A DNA stretch of 64,000 bases from a virus (IMGVR_UViG_3300044728_000163:8465-72464), one strand, 5' to 3'. Positions 16,259 through 25,173 are shown, counted from the stretch's first letter. Translations and numbers: made by a program. Notes: generated by a model not told the origin, from the sequence alone.

Positions 16259-17175
16259 CAGCCACCCGCCTGACTGATCTTGTTCTGCAGATAGACGATC
16301 GCCTTGCCGATGCGCTCCTCCGTCATCTCATCCCACGCGGAGACGTTCGCCGCGGCCAGCCACTTATCCACCGTTCCATCTTCCAAACGAACAATGTCCA
16401 GCAACCGCGCCACCTCGGCCAGTTGTTCCGGTGTGGCGAAGCTTTCCTTTACCGGCGTCTCCTCGATCACATCGCCGATGCGGGTGGCCAGTTCCTCGTA
16501 ATTACAATCGAAAGTGTCGCCTTGTGGAAAGGCCGCGAGCCGGGTCTTGCGGACCCTGGCGAGACGCCTCGATCCCGCCTTGAACATGCCGATGGCGAGG
16601 TCCAGTTCGTACTCCAACCTGGGCCAGCAGTCGAATGTCGTTCCGATCTGGGCACGTTCTCCGTTCACCAGACCCCACTCAGCCGTCTCACCCGCGATCA
16701 GAATGACGTTCATGTTCAGTCTGGGAAGCCACGCCACCAGTTGCCGCATCGCGCCCACGGCTGGTTTCCGATCCGCACCGAATTCGTTCTTTTTGCCAGC
16801 GTCCTGCAGCCTCTCCGCTTCCCTGGCGATCTCGTTGGTGAAGACTTTCGTTATGCTATCGATGACCAGGGTCTTGCGATCATGCTCAGTCGTGGCCAGC
16901 GCCTTGACCTGGTCAAGCACCACATCAAGCGATGCCGCGCCTTCATCGGGACCAAGATATAAAGCCCCGGCGTCGATCAGCCTTTGACGATACTCCGGCT
17001 GCGTCGCGCCGCCCTCCGAATCGATAAAATACACGTCGGGAAATTGCGTCGTCAGCACCGTCTTGCCGACGCCACTCGGCCCATACAGCAGTATGGTCGG
17101 GTGCCTCGCCTGTATAATCGTGGCGGCGGTGCCGAGAAGTTTAGTTCGCCTTTTCGTCGTGGTTCCGTCTGGCAT
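16258..17175 (-). CDS. AAA_24-family ATPase (Sak4-like phage recombinase)
   Basis: ILLYGPSGVGKT...FIDSEGG...TLVIDSIT; adjacent to the DUF669 SSB, a typical pairing. Confidence 0.75.
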   Translation of the reverse strand: MPDGTTTKRRTKLLGTAATIIQARHPTILLYGPSGVGKTVLTTQFPDVYFIDSEGGATQPEYRQRLIDAGALYLGPDEGAASLDVVLDQVKALATTEHDRKTLVIDSITKVFTNEIAREAERLQDAGKKNEFGADRKPAVGAMRQLVAWLPRLNMNVILIAGETAEWGLVNGERAQIGTTFDCWPRLEYELDLAIGMFKAGSRRLARVRKTRLAAFPQGDTFDCNYEELATRIGDVIEETPVKESFATPEQLAEVARLLDIVRLEDGTVDKWLAAANVSAWDEMTEERIGKAIVYLQNKISQAGG

Positions 17176-17311
17176 TTTTGTTTCCTCGAAACTGATCGAT
17201 GATTCGTCGGATCAAATCCGACACGGTTATCCCGAGCCGGTCAGCTTCTTCGCGAAGATAAGAAATCTGTGGCTGGGTGAATTGAACTGTGCGCCTTGAT
17301 AGTTCGCTCAT
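17141..17311 (-). CDS. Ribbon-helix-helix regulator (56 aa, below track cutoff)
   Basis: GGAGGAG RBS; MSELSRRTVQFTQPQISYLREEADRLGITVSDLIRRIIDQF. Confidence 0.7.
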   Translation of the reverse strand: MSELSRRTVQFTQPQISYLREEADRLGITVSDLIRRIIDQFRGNKNARRNHDEKAN

Positions 17312-17356
17312 GGCTCCTCCATCGAGGTGCGAATTGGCACCTCAAAAACAATCCTG

Positions 17357-17605
17357 TCAAGGATAAATATCGATGCTGATTCGCACCCGCACCACGCGTG
17401 GTATTTTCATCCCGTGCGGCTCCACGCGCGCGTCCCGACGCCGCGCGATCCAGCCATGCTTCTCCCAGCACCACGCCCGCGCCTCGCGCCTGGTGGCGAA
17501 CAGGCGGGTGCCGGTCGTGCCGTTCGGAACACCCTCCAACCACGATCGATCGCCATCCAGTTTGTTGACCGATCGATGCAGGATCGCCCAGGCGAACGTG
17601 GTCAC
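17357..17605 (-). CDS. Hypothetical protein
   Basis: 82 aa, operon-packed. Confidence 0.55.
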   Translation of the reverse strand: MTTFAWAILHRSVNKLDGDRSWLEGVPNGTTGTRLFATRREARAWCWEKHGWIARRRDARVEPHGMKIPRVVRVRISIDIYP

Positions 17606-17865
17606 TCATCCCGCTCCATATCCTCGCGCGCCTCGCGCACGATCCGCAGTGTGATCGGGTCTGGCCGCGACCACATCGGGCGCTCTTCCACGACCTCGAC
17701 CGGCGGCGGCGGGTCGGGCCGCGGCCTCCAGTCACGCAGGATCTGGCCGACACGGGCGCGGCTGATGCCATGCAGCCTGGCGATGGTCGTCTGACTCAGA
17801 CCAGCGGCGAACTGGGCATGGACCTCGGCGTTCCGCGCTTCTTTGTTCACGGGGGCAGCCTCCAT
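17602..17865 (-). CDS. Helix-turn-helix protein (sigma region 4-like)
   Basis: GLSQTTIARLHGISRARVGQIL. Confidence 0.7.
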   Translation of the reverse strand: MEAAPVNKEARNAEVHAQFAAGLSQTTIARLHGISRARVGQILRDWRPRPDPPPPVEVVEERPMWSRPDPITLRIVREAREDMERDE

Positions 17866-17866
17866 C

Positions 17867-18079
17867 TCAACGAAATGCTTCAGACAGTGGTCCCTTTGGG
17901 TGGCGTTTCAGTTCGGCCTTAATCGCCTTGTCGGTCCAAATGCGATGGGCCAACGGACACATGCCTGGCGCGTAGCTGGGGAGACTGGACAGACAAAGTG
18001 GGGCGCATTGCTTTGTTCCGATGGAGCGGCACGCGGCCTGTTGTGCTGGTGTCGCGTCCGTCATAACGGCAACCGCCAC
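17867..18079 (-). CDS. Hypothetical Cys-containing protein
   Basis: 70 aa with four Cys. Confidence 0.4.
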   Translation of the reverse strand: MAVAVMTDATPAQQAACRSIGTKQCAPLCLSSLPSYAPGMCPLAHRIWTDKAIKAELKRHPKGPLSEAFR

Positions 18080-18555
18080 TGCAGCCCCTTCGATTTAGGT
18101 CGACGCCATTCCTTGCCCACGTAACGCGGTGGGGCCTGTGGCCTGACGCCGCCCATCTCCGGTAAAAGAAACAGCGCCACCATGACATCGAGCCGCTCGA
18201 TCGGTCGCACGATCAACTCATGCACATTGCCGTCGTTGCTGACCACACCGACATGTTCCAAAAGGTCCATGGTGGCTTTTTCCCAGTTTCCGGTATCCCG
18301 TTTCGATATCGGAACCTCGATGAGACAATTGAATCGGCACGTCACCTTTGGCATGCCAACCGTCTGCATCTTAACTTCCCACCCGGCCCGATTGATCCAG
18401 GCGACATAGTCGGGCGATCGCACCCGTGCCCGCCCATTTCCTCGTATCCACAGGGCATTGGTGCTGGGACCGCCGGTCATCGTCAGCACCCGGTCGGGCG
18501 GCACGCTGCTCCAGTGAGGTCCGCTCACCGAATGCCGCCGCCCGACAATTGGCAC
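18061..18555 (-). CDS. rusA: RusA-family Holliday junction resolvase
   Basis: PSTNALW...RSPDYVAW...KRDTGNWEKATMDLL...VVSNDGNV. Start uncertain. Confidence 0.7.
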   Translation of the reverse strand: MPIVGRRHSVSGPHWSSVPPDRVLTMTGGPSTNALWIRGNGRARVRSPDYVAWINRAGWEVKMQTVGMPKVTCRFNCLIEVPISKRDTGNWEKATMDLLEHVGVVSNDGNVHELIVRPIERLDVMVALFLLPEMGGVRPQAPPRYVGKEWRRPKSKGLQWRLPL

Positions 18556-18583
18556 CCATCAACGGCAACGCCAGCCGAGCATA

Positions 18584-18889
18584 TCACAACCACGTCTCCT
18601 GTATCTCTTGCGGATCATTGGGATCGGCGACCGCCATGACCAGCCCAGGCGGCAGCAAGGTCCGCAATTCCTCCAACGTGTCATGGCTCATGACGAACCG
18701 CGTGCGCCTCAGTTCAGGCAGGATGATATGCATTCGGGTCACCCAGAGGCCTGGATACTCGCGGGTAACCGGCTTGTAGATCACCCATATAGGCATGCGT
18801 TTTCTCAGCTTATCGTGCAACCGCCGCATATAGTCCGCGTCCCGGATAAGAACGATCGGGAAACCATCGGCGCGCCACCAGGTGGTCAC
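18584..18889 (-). CDS. Hypothetical protein
   Basis: IWVIYKP...EYPGLWVTR...TLEELRTLLPPGL...DPQEIQETW. Confidence 0.6.
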   Translation of the reverse strand: MTTWWRADGFPIVLIRDADYMRRLHDKLRKRMPIWVIYKPVTREYPGLWVTRMHIILPELRRTRFVMSHDTLEELRTLLPPGLVMAVADPNDPQEIQETWL

Positions 18890-19158
18890 CGGGTGCGCCC
18901 ACCCAGCATGCTAAAGCCGCCCGGTCCCAGCTTTGGCCGATCCGGTGCCGGTAACGGCTTCACTGGCCGTTCGACCGGTGGCGGCTTGCGGTTCCACCTC
19001 CCGGCTTGCCACAGCACTTCGTGTTCGGACGGGTACCATCCCAGGACCGGACGCAGCCGCCCCCTGATCGCGCCGACATAGACATTTGACAGCGTCAGCC
19101 GGTCCAACAGCGCCAAGGCCTCTGGGGGCCACGTTCGCTCCCTCTGATCGTACAGCAT
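18886..19158 (-). CDS. Hypothetical protein
   Basis: 90 aa, ATGA-coupled to the downstream gene. Confidence 0.45.
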   Translation of the reverse strand: MLYDQRERTWPPEALALLDRLTLSNVYVGAIRGRLRPVLGWYPSEHEVLWQAGRWNRKPPPVERPVKPLPAPDRPKLGPGGFSMLGGRTR

Positions 19159-19378
19159 TCCGCTCCCTCTCCTCGTTCATCATGGCCGTCAGTTTAGCCA
19201 GCGCCCTTGGCGAATTCCGTTGCATGTAGCGCCACAGGTGCCACGCCTCGCGGCGTTCGCGATCGGCACGACCGCGATTGTATTTTTGTTGGCAGTCCGA
19301 TGAGCAATAGCGTTTGTGCGCCATCGCCTTGTGACCCGGCCCGGTCGGGATCAACTTCCCGCATCGCTGGCAATTCAC
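18911..19378 (-). CDS. Zn-finger protein (CxxC...YCSxxC)
   Basis: MNCQRCGK...RYCSSDCQQK; the C-terminal half overlaps the next ORF. Confidence 0.55.
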   Translation of the reverse strand: MNCQRCGKLIPTGPGHKAMAHKRYCSSDCQQKYNRGRADRERREAWHLWRYMQRNSPRALAKLTAMMNEERERNAVRSEGANVAPRGLGAVGPADAVKCLCRRDQGAAASGPGMVPVRTRSAVASREVEPQAATGRTASEAVTGTGSAKAGTGRL

Positions 19379-19590
19379 GCGGCCCCCATCAGTTTTCTGT
19401 CGTACAGATTCGGCTCGCCGGTCCTGACCTCATGCTCCCAGCGCGCCGCCTGGGCATCCATCCGGATCGCCGCTTCCAGGCGGGTGATCGACAAGATGCT
19501 ACCCCCGCCGCCGGTCAGCATGATCTCAGGCATGCCCTGGCCATGTTCCCAGCGCAGATCATCCGCCATGTCGCGGCAGACCTTGACCAT
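19375..19590 (-). CDS. Hypothetical protein
   Basis: TAATG overlap at 19590 gives MVKVCRDMADD... Confidence 0.45.
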   Translation of the reverse strand: MVKVCRDMADDLRWEHGQGMPEIMLTGGGGSILSITRLEAAIRMDAQAARWEHEVRTGEPNLYDRKLMGAA

Positions 19591-19832
19591 TACGTGGGGA
19601 ATGATTGGACGGTAACGTCCCGCTCCGCGGGGTTTGTACGCACGCCACGTTCCTTTTGTATCGTATCGGCCAAGAGGCACAGCGCCTCGGCTATGATCGC
19701 TTTCCGGTAATGATCCGGTTGATCCAACATGTTCATCCCGCCCAGGCCCAGATACTGATTGGCCAGGGTCCGAACCTCCCACAACGTCGCTCCGCTTGGT
19801 GGTGCCTTCATTTTCCATCCCCTTATCCTCAT
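19590..19832 (-). CDS. Hypothetical protein
   Basis: 80 aa, coupled to the beta-clamp stop. Confidence 0.45.
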   Translation of the reverse strand: MRIRGWKMKAPPSGATLWEVRTLANQYLGLGGMNMLDQPDHYRKAIIAEALCLLADTIQKERGVRTNPAERDVTVQSFPT

Positions 19833-21022
19833 GCCCGTAGTGGCCCGCTGACATAAGTCACGCTGGCGTCATCCTCATCCGAAACCAGGAACGGCGCGCT
19901 CGCGTTGAAACCGAACACCAGCCGCCCCTTCGCCAGCTTCGCCGGTTCGATCAGCGAGGCGGCGTTGAAGGCGATCGTCGCCTTGTCGCCCGTGTAGGTG
20001 AACGACCCCTCCGGCAGTTCGGAGACGATCTGATCGTTGCCCTCACCGCCGGTCACGCCGACACGGTCCTTTGACATCGACAGCCTGACCCATGGCTTCT
20101 TCTTTTCCTCGCGCGAGAACAGCGCCGCCAGTTCGATCACCTCGACCAGCGCCTTGCCGTTGACCGTCAGAACGTGCGGTCCAGCCGGAGGGATCACCCT
20201 GAGATAATCGGGGAAGGTCGCCGCGATCAACTTGGTCAGCAGAACCATCTCGCCCACCGTGGCGACGAGCGCCGCCTCGGTGATCGACAGGTCGACCGTG
20301 TCGGCTCCGCGCAGCAGCCGCTCCAGTTCATCCGCCGCCGGGGCGGGGACGATGATGTCGGGCATACCATCGGCCCCCGGCGGCACCGGGACGGCGATGA
20401 CGGCCAGTTCATTGCCGTTGGTTGACGCGGCGCGCATCCGCGCCTCATCCTCTTCACCGCGCACGTTCAGCGATACACCACAGAGGTAGAACCTGGTTTG
20501 CTCCTGGGAGATGGCGTAATGCACCCGCGCCAGCATATCGGCCAGCGTGGCCGCGGACATGACGAACTCGGTGGTCTTGTCGGGCCGCAGCGAGAACACG
20601 GGGAAGTCCGACAACGGCCACAGCGTGATCGTCACCCGCGTCGCACCGGATCGCACCACCAGCGCCGCACCGGCGAATTCCAGCGTCGTATCGCCCTCCG
20701 GTGGCAGACGGCGGATGACCGACGCCAGCTTGTCCCAGTCGACGCAGCCGCCGCCCACGCCGACACCAGTGATGGTGATGGTCTGGCGCAGCGCCTGTTC
20801 CAGGTTCGATGACTCGATGGTCAACCGGCCACCGCCCGCGGTCAGGGCGACGCAGTTCAGGATCGGCAGCGTCCCGCCGCGGGTGACGAACCCGGCGGCA
20901 CGCGCCAGCGCGGCGGCGAACGTCTTGTTGCCGACGCGGATTTCCATCAGGTCCGACGTGGCCTGGACCGGAGCGGCCTTCGCCGCCCGCGGTTTCCTCT
21001 CCCTCTGTTTTACTTCACTCAT
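19829..21022 (-). CDS. dnaN: DNA polymerase III beta sliding clamp (phage-encoded)
   Basis: LPILNCVAL...SSNLE, FPVF, YAISQEQTRFYLCGV, ASTNGNELA, LIAATFPDYLRVIP, IAFNAASL; about 400 aa three-domain length. Confidence 0.88.
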   Translation of the reverse strand: MSEVKQRERKPRAAKAAPVQATSDLMEIRVGNKTFAAALARAAGFVTRGGTLPILNCVALTAGGGRLTIESSNLEQALRQTITITGVGVGGGCVDWDKLASVIRRLPPEGDTTLEFAGAALVVRSGATRVTITLWPLSDFPVFSLRPDKTTEFVMSAATLADMLARVHYAISQEQTRFYLCGVSLNVRGEEDEARMRAASTNGNELAVIAVPVPPGADGMPDIIVPAPAADELERLLRGADTVDLSITEAALVATVGEMVLLTKLIAATFPDYLRVIPPAGPHVLTVNGKALVEVIELAALFSREEKKKPWVRLSMSKDRVGVTGGEGNDQIVSELPEGSFTYTGDKATIAFNAASLIEPAKLAKGRLVFGFNASAPFLVSDEDDASVTYVSGPLRA

Positions 21023-21225
21023 GATGCCCTTTTCCTTTGTGTCGTGACCAGCGCCGCCTCGATCTTACGCCGCATGCCGGTCCTGACCCTGCGACCATTG
21101 CGAAGATCAAGAACAAGATGGGAATCGCCAGCCACGCGCTTGCCGAACGCCGTGCCCGTCTCCCCGGTTTCCCGCAGATAGACTTCAATGGCTCGTAGTA
21201 ACTCTTTTTCCACTACCTCATACAT
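21019..21225 (-). CDS. Cro-like HTH regulator
   Basis: IEVYLRETGETGTAFGKRVAGDSHLVLDLRNGRR, typical of alphaproteobacterial phage Cro-like proteins; first gene of the leftward operon. Confidence 0.7.
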   Translation of the reverse strand: MYEVVEKELLRAIEVYLRETGETGTAFGKRVAGDSHLVLDLRNGRRVRTGMRRKIEAALVTTQRKRAS

Positions 21226-21254
21226 TGGGGCATTCCCTCACAATTGTTTTACCC

Positions 21255-21289
21255 CGTCAACAGCAGAGGGGACATTTTCCCACTTGACG
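21255..21289. promoter_or_regulatory. Back-to-back -35-like hexamers in the divergent control region
   Basis: CGTCAA (21255-21260) and TTGACG (21284-21289) form an inverted pair between divergent operons; -10 matches are weak. Confidence 0.35.
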
Positions 21290-21338
21290 ACTTATACAAC
21301 CGCTGCCATGAAGGTCAGGCATTCAGAAGGGAAACCCG

Positions 21339-21821
21339 ATGCCAACCAAACGCCACGCGGTCCAGACCATCGTTCGCTCCGCTGACCTCGCCACCGATTT
21401 CGGCCTGGAATGGGCCACCAAACTGTTCGGCGCGGAGGCCATCGCCTCGCTGCCCGTCCGCTCTGTCGGCAAGAACAAGGGCGCGCCCAAGGGCCACGTC
21501 CTCTGGGAAAAGGCGGCGACCGCCGGTTACGTCCCTCACCTCGGCCACGCCGTCGCCGTTGGCTCGCTCATGGGAGCCTGGATCGGCGGCTCCAACCAGA
21601 CACCCCGCGGCGCGGCGGTGTCGGGCAAATGGCTGGGCCGGGTCCAGACCCTCGCCGCCTCATCCTATTACCTGTTCGAACAGGGCCGCGAGCGGCACGC
21701 CGCTGAAGTGGCGGCGAACGAGGCCCGCATCGCGGAACAGCGGGCCGAGTGGCTCGCGGAGGAAGCCGAAATCGACGCCGAGATCGCCCGCCGCCTCGCC
21801 GCCAAAGCGGAGGCGGCATGA
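21339..21821 (+). CDS. Hypothetical early protein
   Basis: First gene of the rightward operon; C-terminal coiled coil. Confidence 0.6.
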   Translation: MPTKRHAVQTIVRSADLATDFGLEWATKLFGAEAIASLPVRSVGKNKGAPKGHVLWEKAATAGYVPHLGHAVAVGSLMGAWIGGSNQTPRGAAVSGKWLGRVQTLAASSYYLFEQGRERHAAEVAANEARIAEQRAEWLAEEAEIDAEIARRLAAKAEAA

Positions 21822-22006
21822 GCGTCACTCTTACCCGCCACTGGTCGGACGATGCCGAGTGGCTCGTCCTCGAGGGTGGCCATCACCTGGGCAGCATCCT
21901 CTGGCTGTCCCAGCCCATGCTGTGGCGCGCCCTGGCGCACGACCGTCGCCCGGTGCGCCACTTCGAAGAGATGAATGACGCCATCACCTACCTGGAGAAC
22001 AACTGA
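21818..22006 (+). CDS. Hypothetical early protein
   Basis: GGAGG RBS and ATGA overlap; MSVTLTRHW... Confidence 0.55.
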   Translation: MSVTLTRHWSDDAEWLVLEGGHHLGSILWLSQPMLWRALAHDRRPVRHFEEMNDAITYLENN

Positions 22007-22215
22007 TGACCGACTACAAATACATCCGCGCCTGGGGCCTCATGATGAACTCCATGGAGTATTACATCCGCGGCGAGGTCGACAGAGCGCGCCGCGAGAA
22101 GGCACCCGCCGACGCGATCTACAAGAACCACGATGGCAAGTGGGCCACCTACGCCACCATCGCCCGCGACGACACGCGGACGCTGTTGGACCGGCTGGTC
22201 GAGGGGGTTCAGTGA
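22006..22215 (+). CDS. Hypothetical early protein
   Basis: TGATG overlap. Confidence 0.6.
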   Translation: MTDYKYIRAWGLMMNSMEYYIRGEVDRARREKAPADAIYKNHDGKWATYATIARDDTRTLLDRLVEGVQ

Positions 22216-22361
22216 TGCTGAACCACCCTCTCGCCTGGCACCGTCACCACCGCCGCCGCCTGACCGAGCGGCTGGAAGCCTTTCTGGAGTGGCTTCCAGA
22301 CTCCCTCATGGTGATCGCCCTGACCGCCGCCGTGCTGGTCCTCGTCATGGTGGCGACATGA
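22215..22361 (+). CDS. Small membrane protein
   Basis: MLNHPLAW...LMVIALTAAVLVLVMVAT; one C-terminal TM helix. Confidence 0.45.
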   Translation: MLNHPLAWHRHHRRRLTERLEAFLEWLPDSLMVIALTAAVLVLVMVAT

Positions 22362-22558
22362 GCCACTTCCGAGTCCGCTGGAAACATCAGGGCAACCACG
22401 TCTACGCCCGCGTGTTCGCCGCCGGTCATGAAACCGGCGGCTACGCCATGAACGGCCAACTGGTGTTCCGCGAGGACGAGTGGTTCGCGTTCGCGCGCTG
22501 CTTCGACAGCGACGGAAGCGATACCGTCAAATTCATCCCAGAGGAAAACCAACCATGA
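22358..22558 (+). CDS. Hypothetical early protein
   Basis: ATGA overlap; MSHFRVRWKHQG... Confidence 0.55.
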   Translation: MSHFRVRWKHQGNHVYARVFAAGHETGGYAMNGQLVFREDEWFAFARCFDSDGSDTVKFIPEENQP

Positions 22559-22764
22559 CCGACGAACGACTGCCAGAAAGGGATAAGGAAACATACATCG
22601 GTGATGGCCTGTACGTGTCCCTCGATGGCTACCGGGTCTGGCTCCGCGCGCCTCGCCCTGAAGGCGATCACCACATCGCCCTGGAACCGGAAGTCTGGCG
22701 CGCGTTGCGCGCCTGGATCGACAGCCACTCGCTCCTGAAGCTGCACATGGAGGGCAAGCGATGA
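22555..22764 (+). CDS. Hypothetical early protein
   Basis: ETYIGDGLYVSLDGYRVWLRAPR...IALEPEV. Confidence 0.6.
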   Translation: MTDERLPERDKETYIGDGLYVSLDGYRVWLRAPRPEGDHHIALEPEVWRALRAWIDSHSLLKLHMEGKR

Positions 22765-22991
22765 GCCGCGCCGATCAGATCAACCGCTACCTGGCCCGCG
22801 GTGGCATTGTCAGGCTGCGCGCCGATGGTCCCGAGTGGCGCACCATCACCGCCGCCAACCACATGTTCTCGGAGTGGACTTTTGTGACGTTTAACGACGG
22901 CACCGAGCGCGTCCTGGGCACTGAGGCGAACGACAGCTTCACCCTGGAATACGCGCCGGGGCCTGACTTCGTAAGGGGAGAGCAACCATGA
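22761..22991 (+). CDS. Hypothetical early protein
   Basis: Operon-packed with ATGA overlap. Confidence 0.55.
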   Translation: MSRADQINRYLARGGIVRLRADGPEWRTITAANHMFSEWTFVTFNDGTERVLGTEANDSFTLEYAPGPDFVRGEQP

Positions 22992-23263
22992 CCGACAGAC
23001 CGACCGGCTGGATCGAACCGCCGGACCCCACCGTGCGAGGCCGCTGGTGGCTCACCCGCCGCGAGGCCGATAGCGCCCCCGGCTACAGCGGCTCGCCGAT
23101 CCTGCCCGACCTCCGCGTTTGCTGGGAGTGGAACGTCGAGGAGGCTTGCTGGATCAAGGGCACTCTGAGAGACAAGCAGAACCGCCCGATCCCGCACAAC
23201 GTCGTGATCCACAGCAATAATGGCTGGCGCATCGAAGGCCCGTTCGAAAAGCGGGAGCCATGA
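22988..23263 (+). CDS. Hypothetical early protein
   Basis: Operon-packed with ATGA overlap. Confidence 0.55.
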   Translation: MTDRPTGWIEPPDPTVRGRWWLTRREADSAPGYSGSPILPDLRVCWEWNVEEACWIKGTLRDKQNRPIPHNVVIHSNNGWRIEGPFEKREP

Positions 23264-23634
23264 TGCGCTCGTTCATATGGGTAAAAGGCCGGTCAGTCGA
23301 AGTGTTCCCCGATCCAAACAAAGACCGCACCCGCCTGTTCGCCAACCAGGTGTTCGCGCTGCACGAGGAGATTTACGAGATCGAACTCAACTGGGATACG
23401 CCAGATGGCCCCTGGTTCGCGCACAGGCTTCTCCAGGTGGCGCTCGATGATCAGGTCGCTTTCCTCCACGACGCCGATCCCTGGCGCGAGGAACTGCGCG
23501 ACATCCGCGCCGCCAACACGTTGCGCCCCGGCAAGGCGCTGGAGTTGCTTTACGCCCTGGCCTGGGACGGCGGCGGCTGGCGACCGGAGGGTGAGACATT
23601 CGGCTGGATCGACCGGCTGGAGGACCAGGCATGA
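23260..23634 (+). CDS. Hypothetical early protein
   Basis: Operon-packed with ATGA overlap. Confidence 0.55.
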   Translation: MMRSFIWVKGRSVEVFPDPNKDRTRLFANQVFALHEEIYEIELNWDTPDGPWFAHRLLQVALDDQVAFLHDADPWREELRDIRAANTLRPGKALELLYALAWDGGGWRPEGETFGWIDRLEDQA

Positions 23635-23849
23635 CCATCAGGGACGACATGGGAATGGTTCAGGTCGCGCTCGCGCGCATCGCCGATCCCACCGAGCGCG
23701 AACGGACCATCGAAGCGTTCCACCGCATCATCCTGGAGATGTACGACATGAAGGCCCGCATCCGTTCGGCCCAGGAGACGCTGGCCGACATACGCGAACA
23801 ACTCGAAAGCCAGATGGAATTCTGGAAGCCCAACGGGGACAAGTCCTGA
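23631..23849 (+). CDS. Hypothetical coiled-coil protein
   Basis: Operon-packed. Confidence 0.55.
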   Translation: MTIRDDMGMVQVALARIADPTERERTIEAFHRIILEMYDMKARIRSAQETLADIREQLESQMEFWKPNGDKS

Positions 23850-24055
23850 TGCTGCACCTCACGAGTTGCGAGATCGTCTGTCACCCCAAAACGTGCCAGC
23901 ACGACTGCCTTGGCCTCGGCTACTGCGTCCGCGCCGTGGACAACAAAAAAGCCCAGAGCCGTGAGGCTCTGGGCGAGGTGGAACGGGTGTGCGCGGTCGC
24001 GGGGGCGACCGCGCTAGAGCATGCCAAGCAGGATCAGAATCAGCACGATAATTAG
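23849..24055 (+). CDS. Hypothetical Cys-rich small protein
   Basis: TGATG overlap; MLHLTSCEIVCHPKTCQHDCLGLGYC. Confidence 0.4.
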   Translation: MLHLTSCEIVCHPKTCQHDCLGLGYCVRAVDNKKAQSREALGEVERVCAVAGATALEHAKQDQNQHDN

Positions 24056-24172
24056 CACCGTCGAGAGGACGCCGGTCGGGGCGTAGCCCCAGCCGGAGGA
24101 GTAGGGCCACTGCGGCAGCACCGCGATCAGCAAGACGATCAGGACAATGAATACAAGGACGTTGCGTGGCAT
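24014..24172 (-). CDS. DUF3309 family small membrane protein (52 aa, below track cutoff)
   Basis: GAGGAA RBS; MPRNVLVFIVLIVLLIAVLPQWPYSSGWGYAPTGVLSTVLIIVLILILLGML carries the LPxWPYSxGWGYxP signature between two TM helices. Confidence 0.8.
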   Translation of the reverse strand: MPRNVLVFIVLIVLLIAVLPQWPYSSGWGYAPTGVLSTVLIIVLILILLGML

Positions 24173-24184
24173 GGTGGCTTCCTC

Positions 24185-24550
24185 TCAGACCGTCTCGACA
24201 ACGTAGAAGCGGCTGGCATCGTTGTTCGCGGTGCCCGCGCCGCCTTTGTTCCTGATCGTCCGCTCATGCACGGGCTGGCCGCGCCACTGATCGACCACCT
24301 CGATCGATCCATCATCGTTATAACAAAGGAACACGGCGATATGCGATGAGCCATTCGTCTGGTTCGCGTATCGACCGGCTGAATTGAAGGTGGCGATGAT
24401 CGCCCCCGGCGGCGTGTCCGGACCCACCTTCGCACCCCGGCGCAACGCCGAACTGTGCGGTACGCCATGGCATTCCTGCACATGCCTCATGCAGTGGCCG
24501 TTATCGACCACCTGTCCCAGCGCCTCGTGGGGATCGCTCGCGATGATCAT
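24185..24550 (-). CDS. BPSL0067-family / NlpC-P60-like peptidoglycan amidase
   Basis: GHCMRHVQ (catalytic Cys), IATFNSAGRY.N...HIAVF...VVDQW...R.I...NDASRFYVV. Confidence 0.7.
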   Translation of the reverse strand: MIIASDPHEALGQVVDNGHCMRHVQECHGVPHSSALRRGAKVGPDTPPGAIIATFNSAGRYANQTNGSSHIAVFLCYNDDGSIEVVDQWRGQPVHERTIRNKGGAGTANNDASRFYVVETV

Positions 24551-24558
24551 GTCACCTC

Positions 24559-25173
24559 CTAGTGTGTGGCGAGTTTCTTGGCGATCTCACGCGCCGCGCC
24601 GACCGCCACCTTCTCCTGGCTTTCGTCTGGTTTGGTTTCCGATGCCCAGGCGATGTAGATCACGCCGACGAACGATTCCGGATTTGGTGGAATGGGAACG
24701 GCGCAGCCACGATGCATGCCCCTGTCGGCCAGCCGACGCGCCAGCGGCGAGCCGGTCGTCTCCAGGTTAACGCAGGAGGGATGTCCTTCCATCACATCAA
24801 TCAGCGCCCGCACATCGGAGGTATGCACGATGATCGGCAGTCTGCGCGGAGCCGGGATCACCGGGCGCTCTCCATCCCGGCGGCGCGCGGCGAGAAACCA
24901 CTGTGAATTACTGGAGAGATCGACAGCCCAGATTTGAACCATGTCGGCATTCGTTTCGGTGACCAACTTATCCATCGCTTCCGGCACCAGATCGTTCCGC
25001 AGTTCCGGTGCCGATGGCGTCAGCCACGCCTCGATGATTTCGTCGCGCTTCTCATAAAGCACCCAGGCCGTTCCGCAGATAAGAAACGATATAATAACGA
25101 AAGCGGCTTTCCAGGGTTTGTCGCCGATGAAGGCCAGGGCACGATCAATAATGCCCTTGGCCTGTTCCACCAT
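24559..25173 (-). CDS. Putative class III (T4 gpt-like) holin: one TM helix plus periplasmic GAF-like domain
   Basis: N-terminal amphipathic helix, TM helix at about residues 23-40, about 160-aa C-terminal domain with GCAVPIPP...FVGVIYIAW; directly after the endolysin. Confidence 0.55.
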   Translation of the reverse strand: MVEQAKGIIDRALAFIGDKPWKAAFVIISFLICGTAWVLYEKRDEIIEAWLTPSAPELRNDLVPEAMDKLVTETNADMVQIWAVDLSSNSQWFLAARRRDGERPVIPAPRRLPIIVHTSDVRALIDVMEGHPSCVNLETTGSPLARRLADRGMHRGCAVPIPPNPESFVGVIYIAWASETKPDESQEKVAVGAAREIAKKLATH

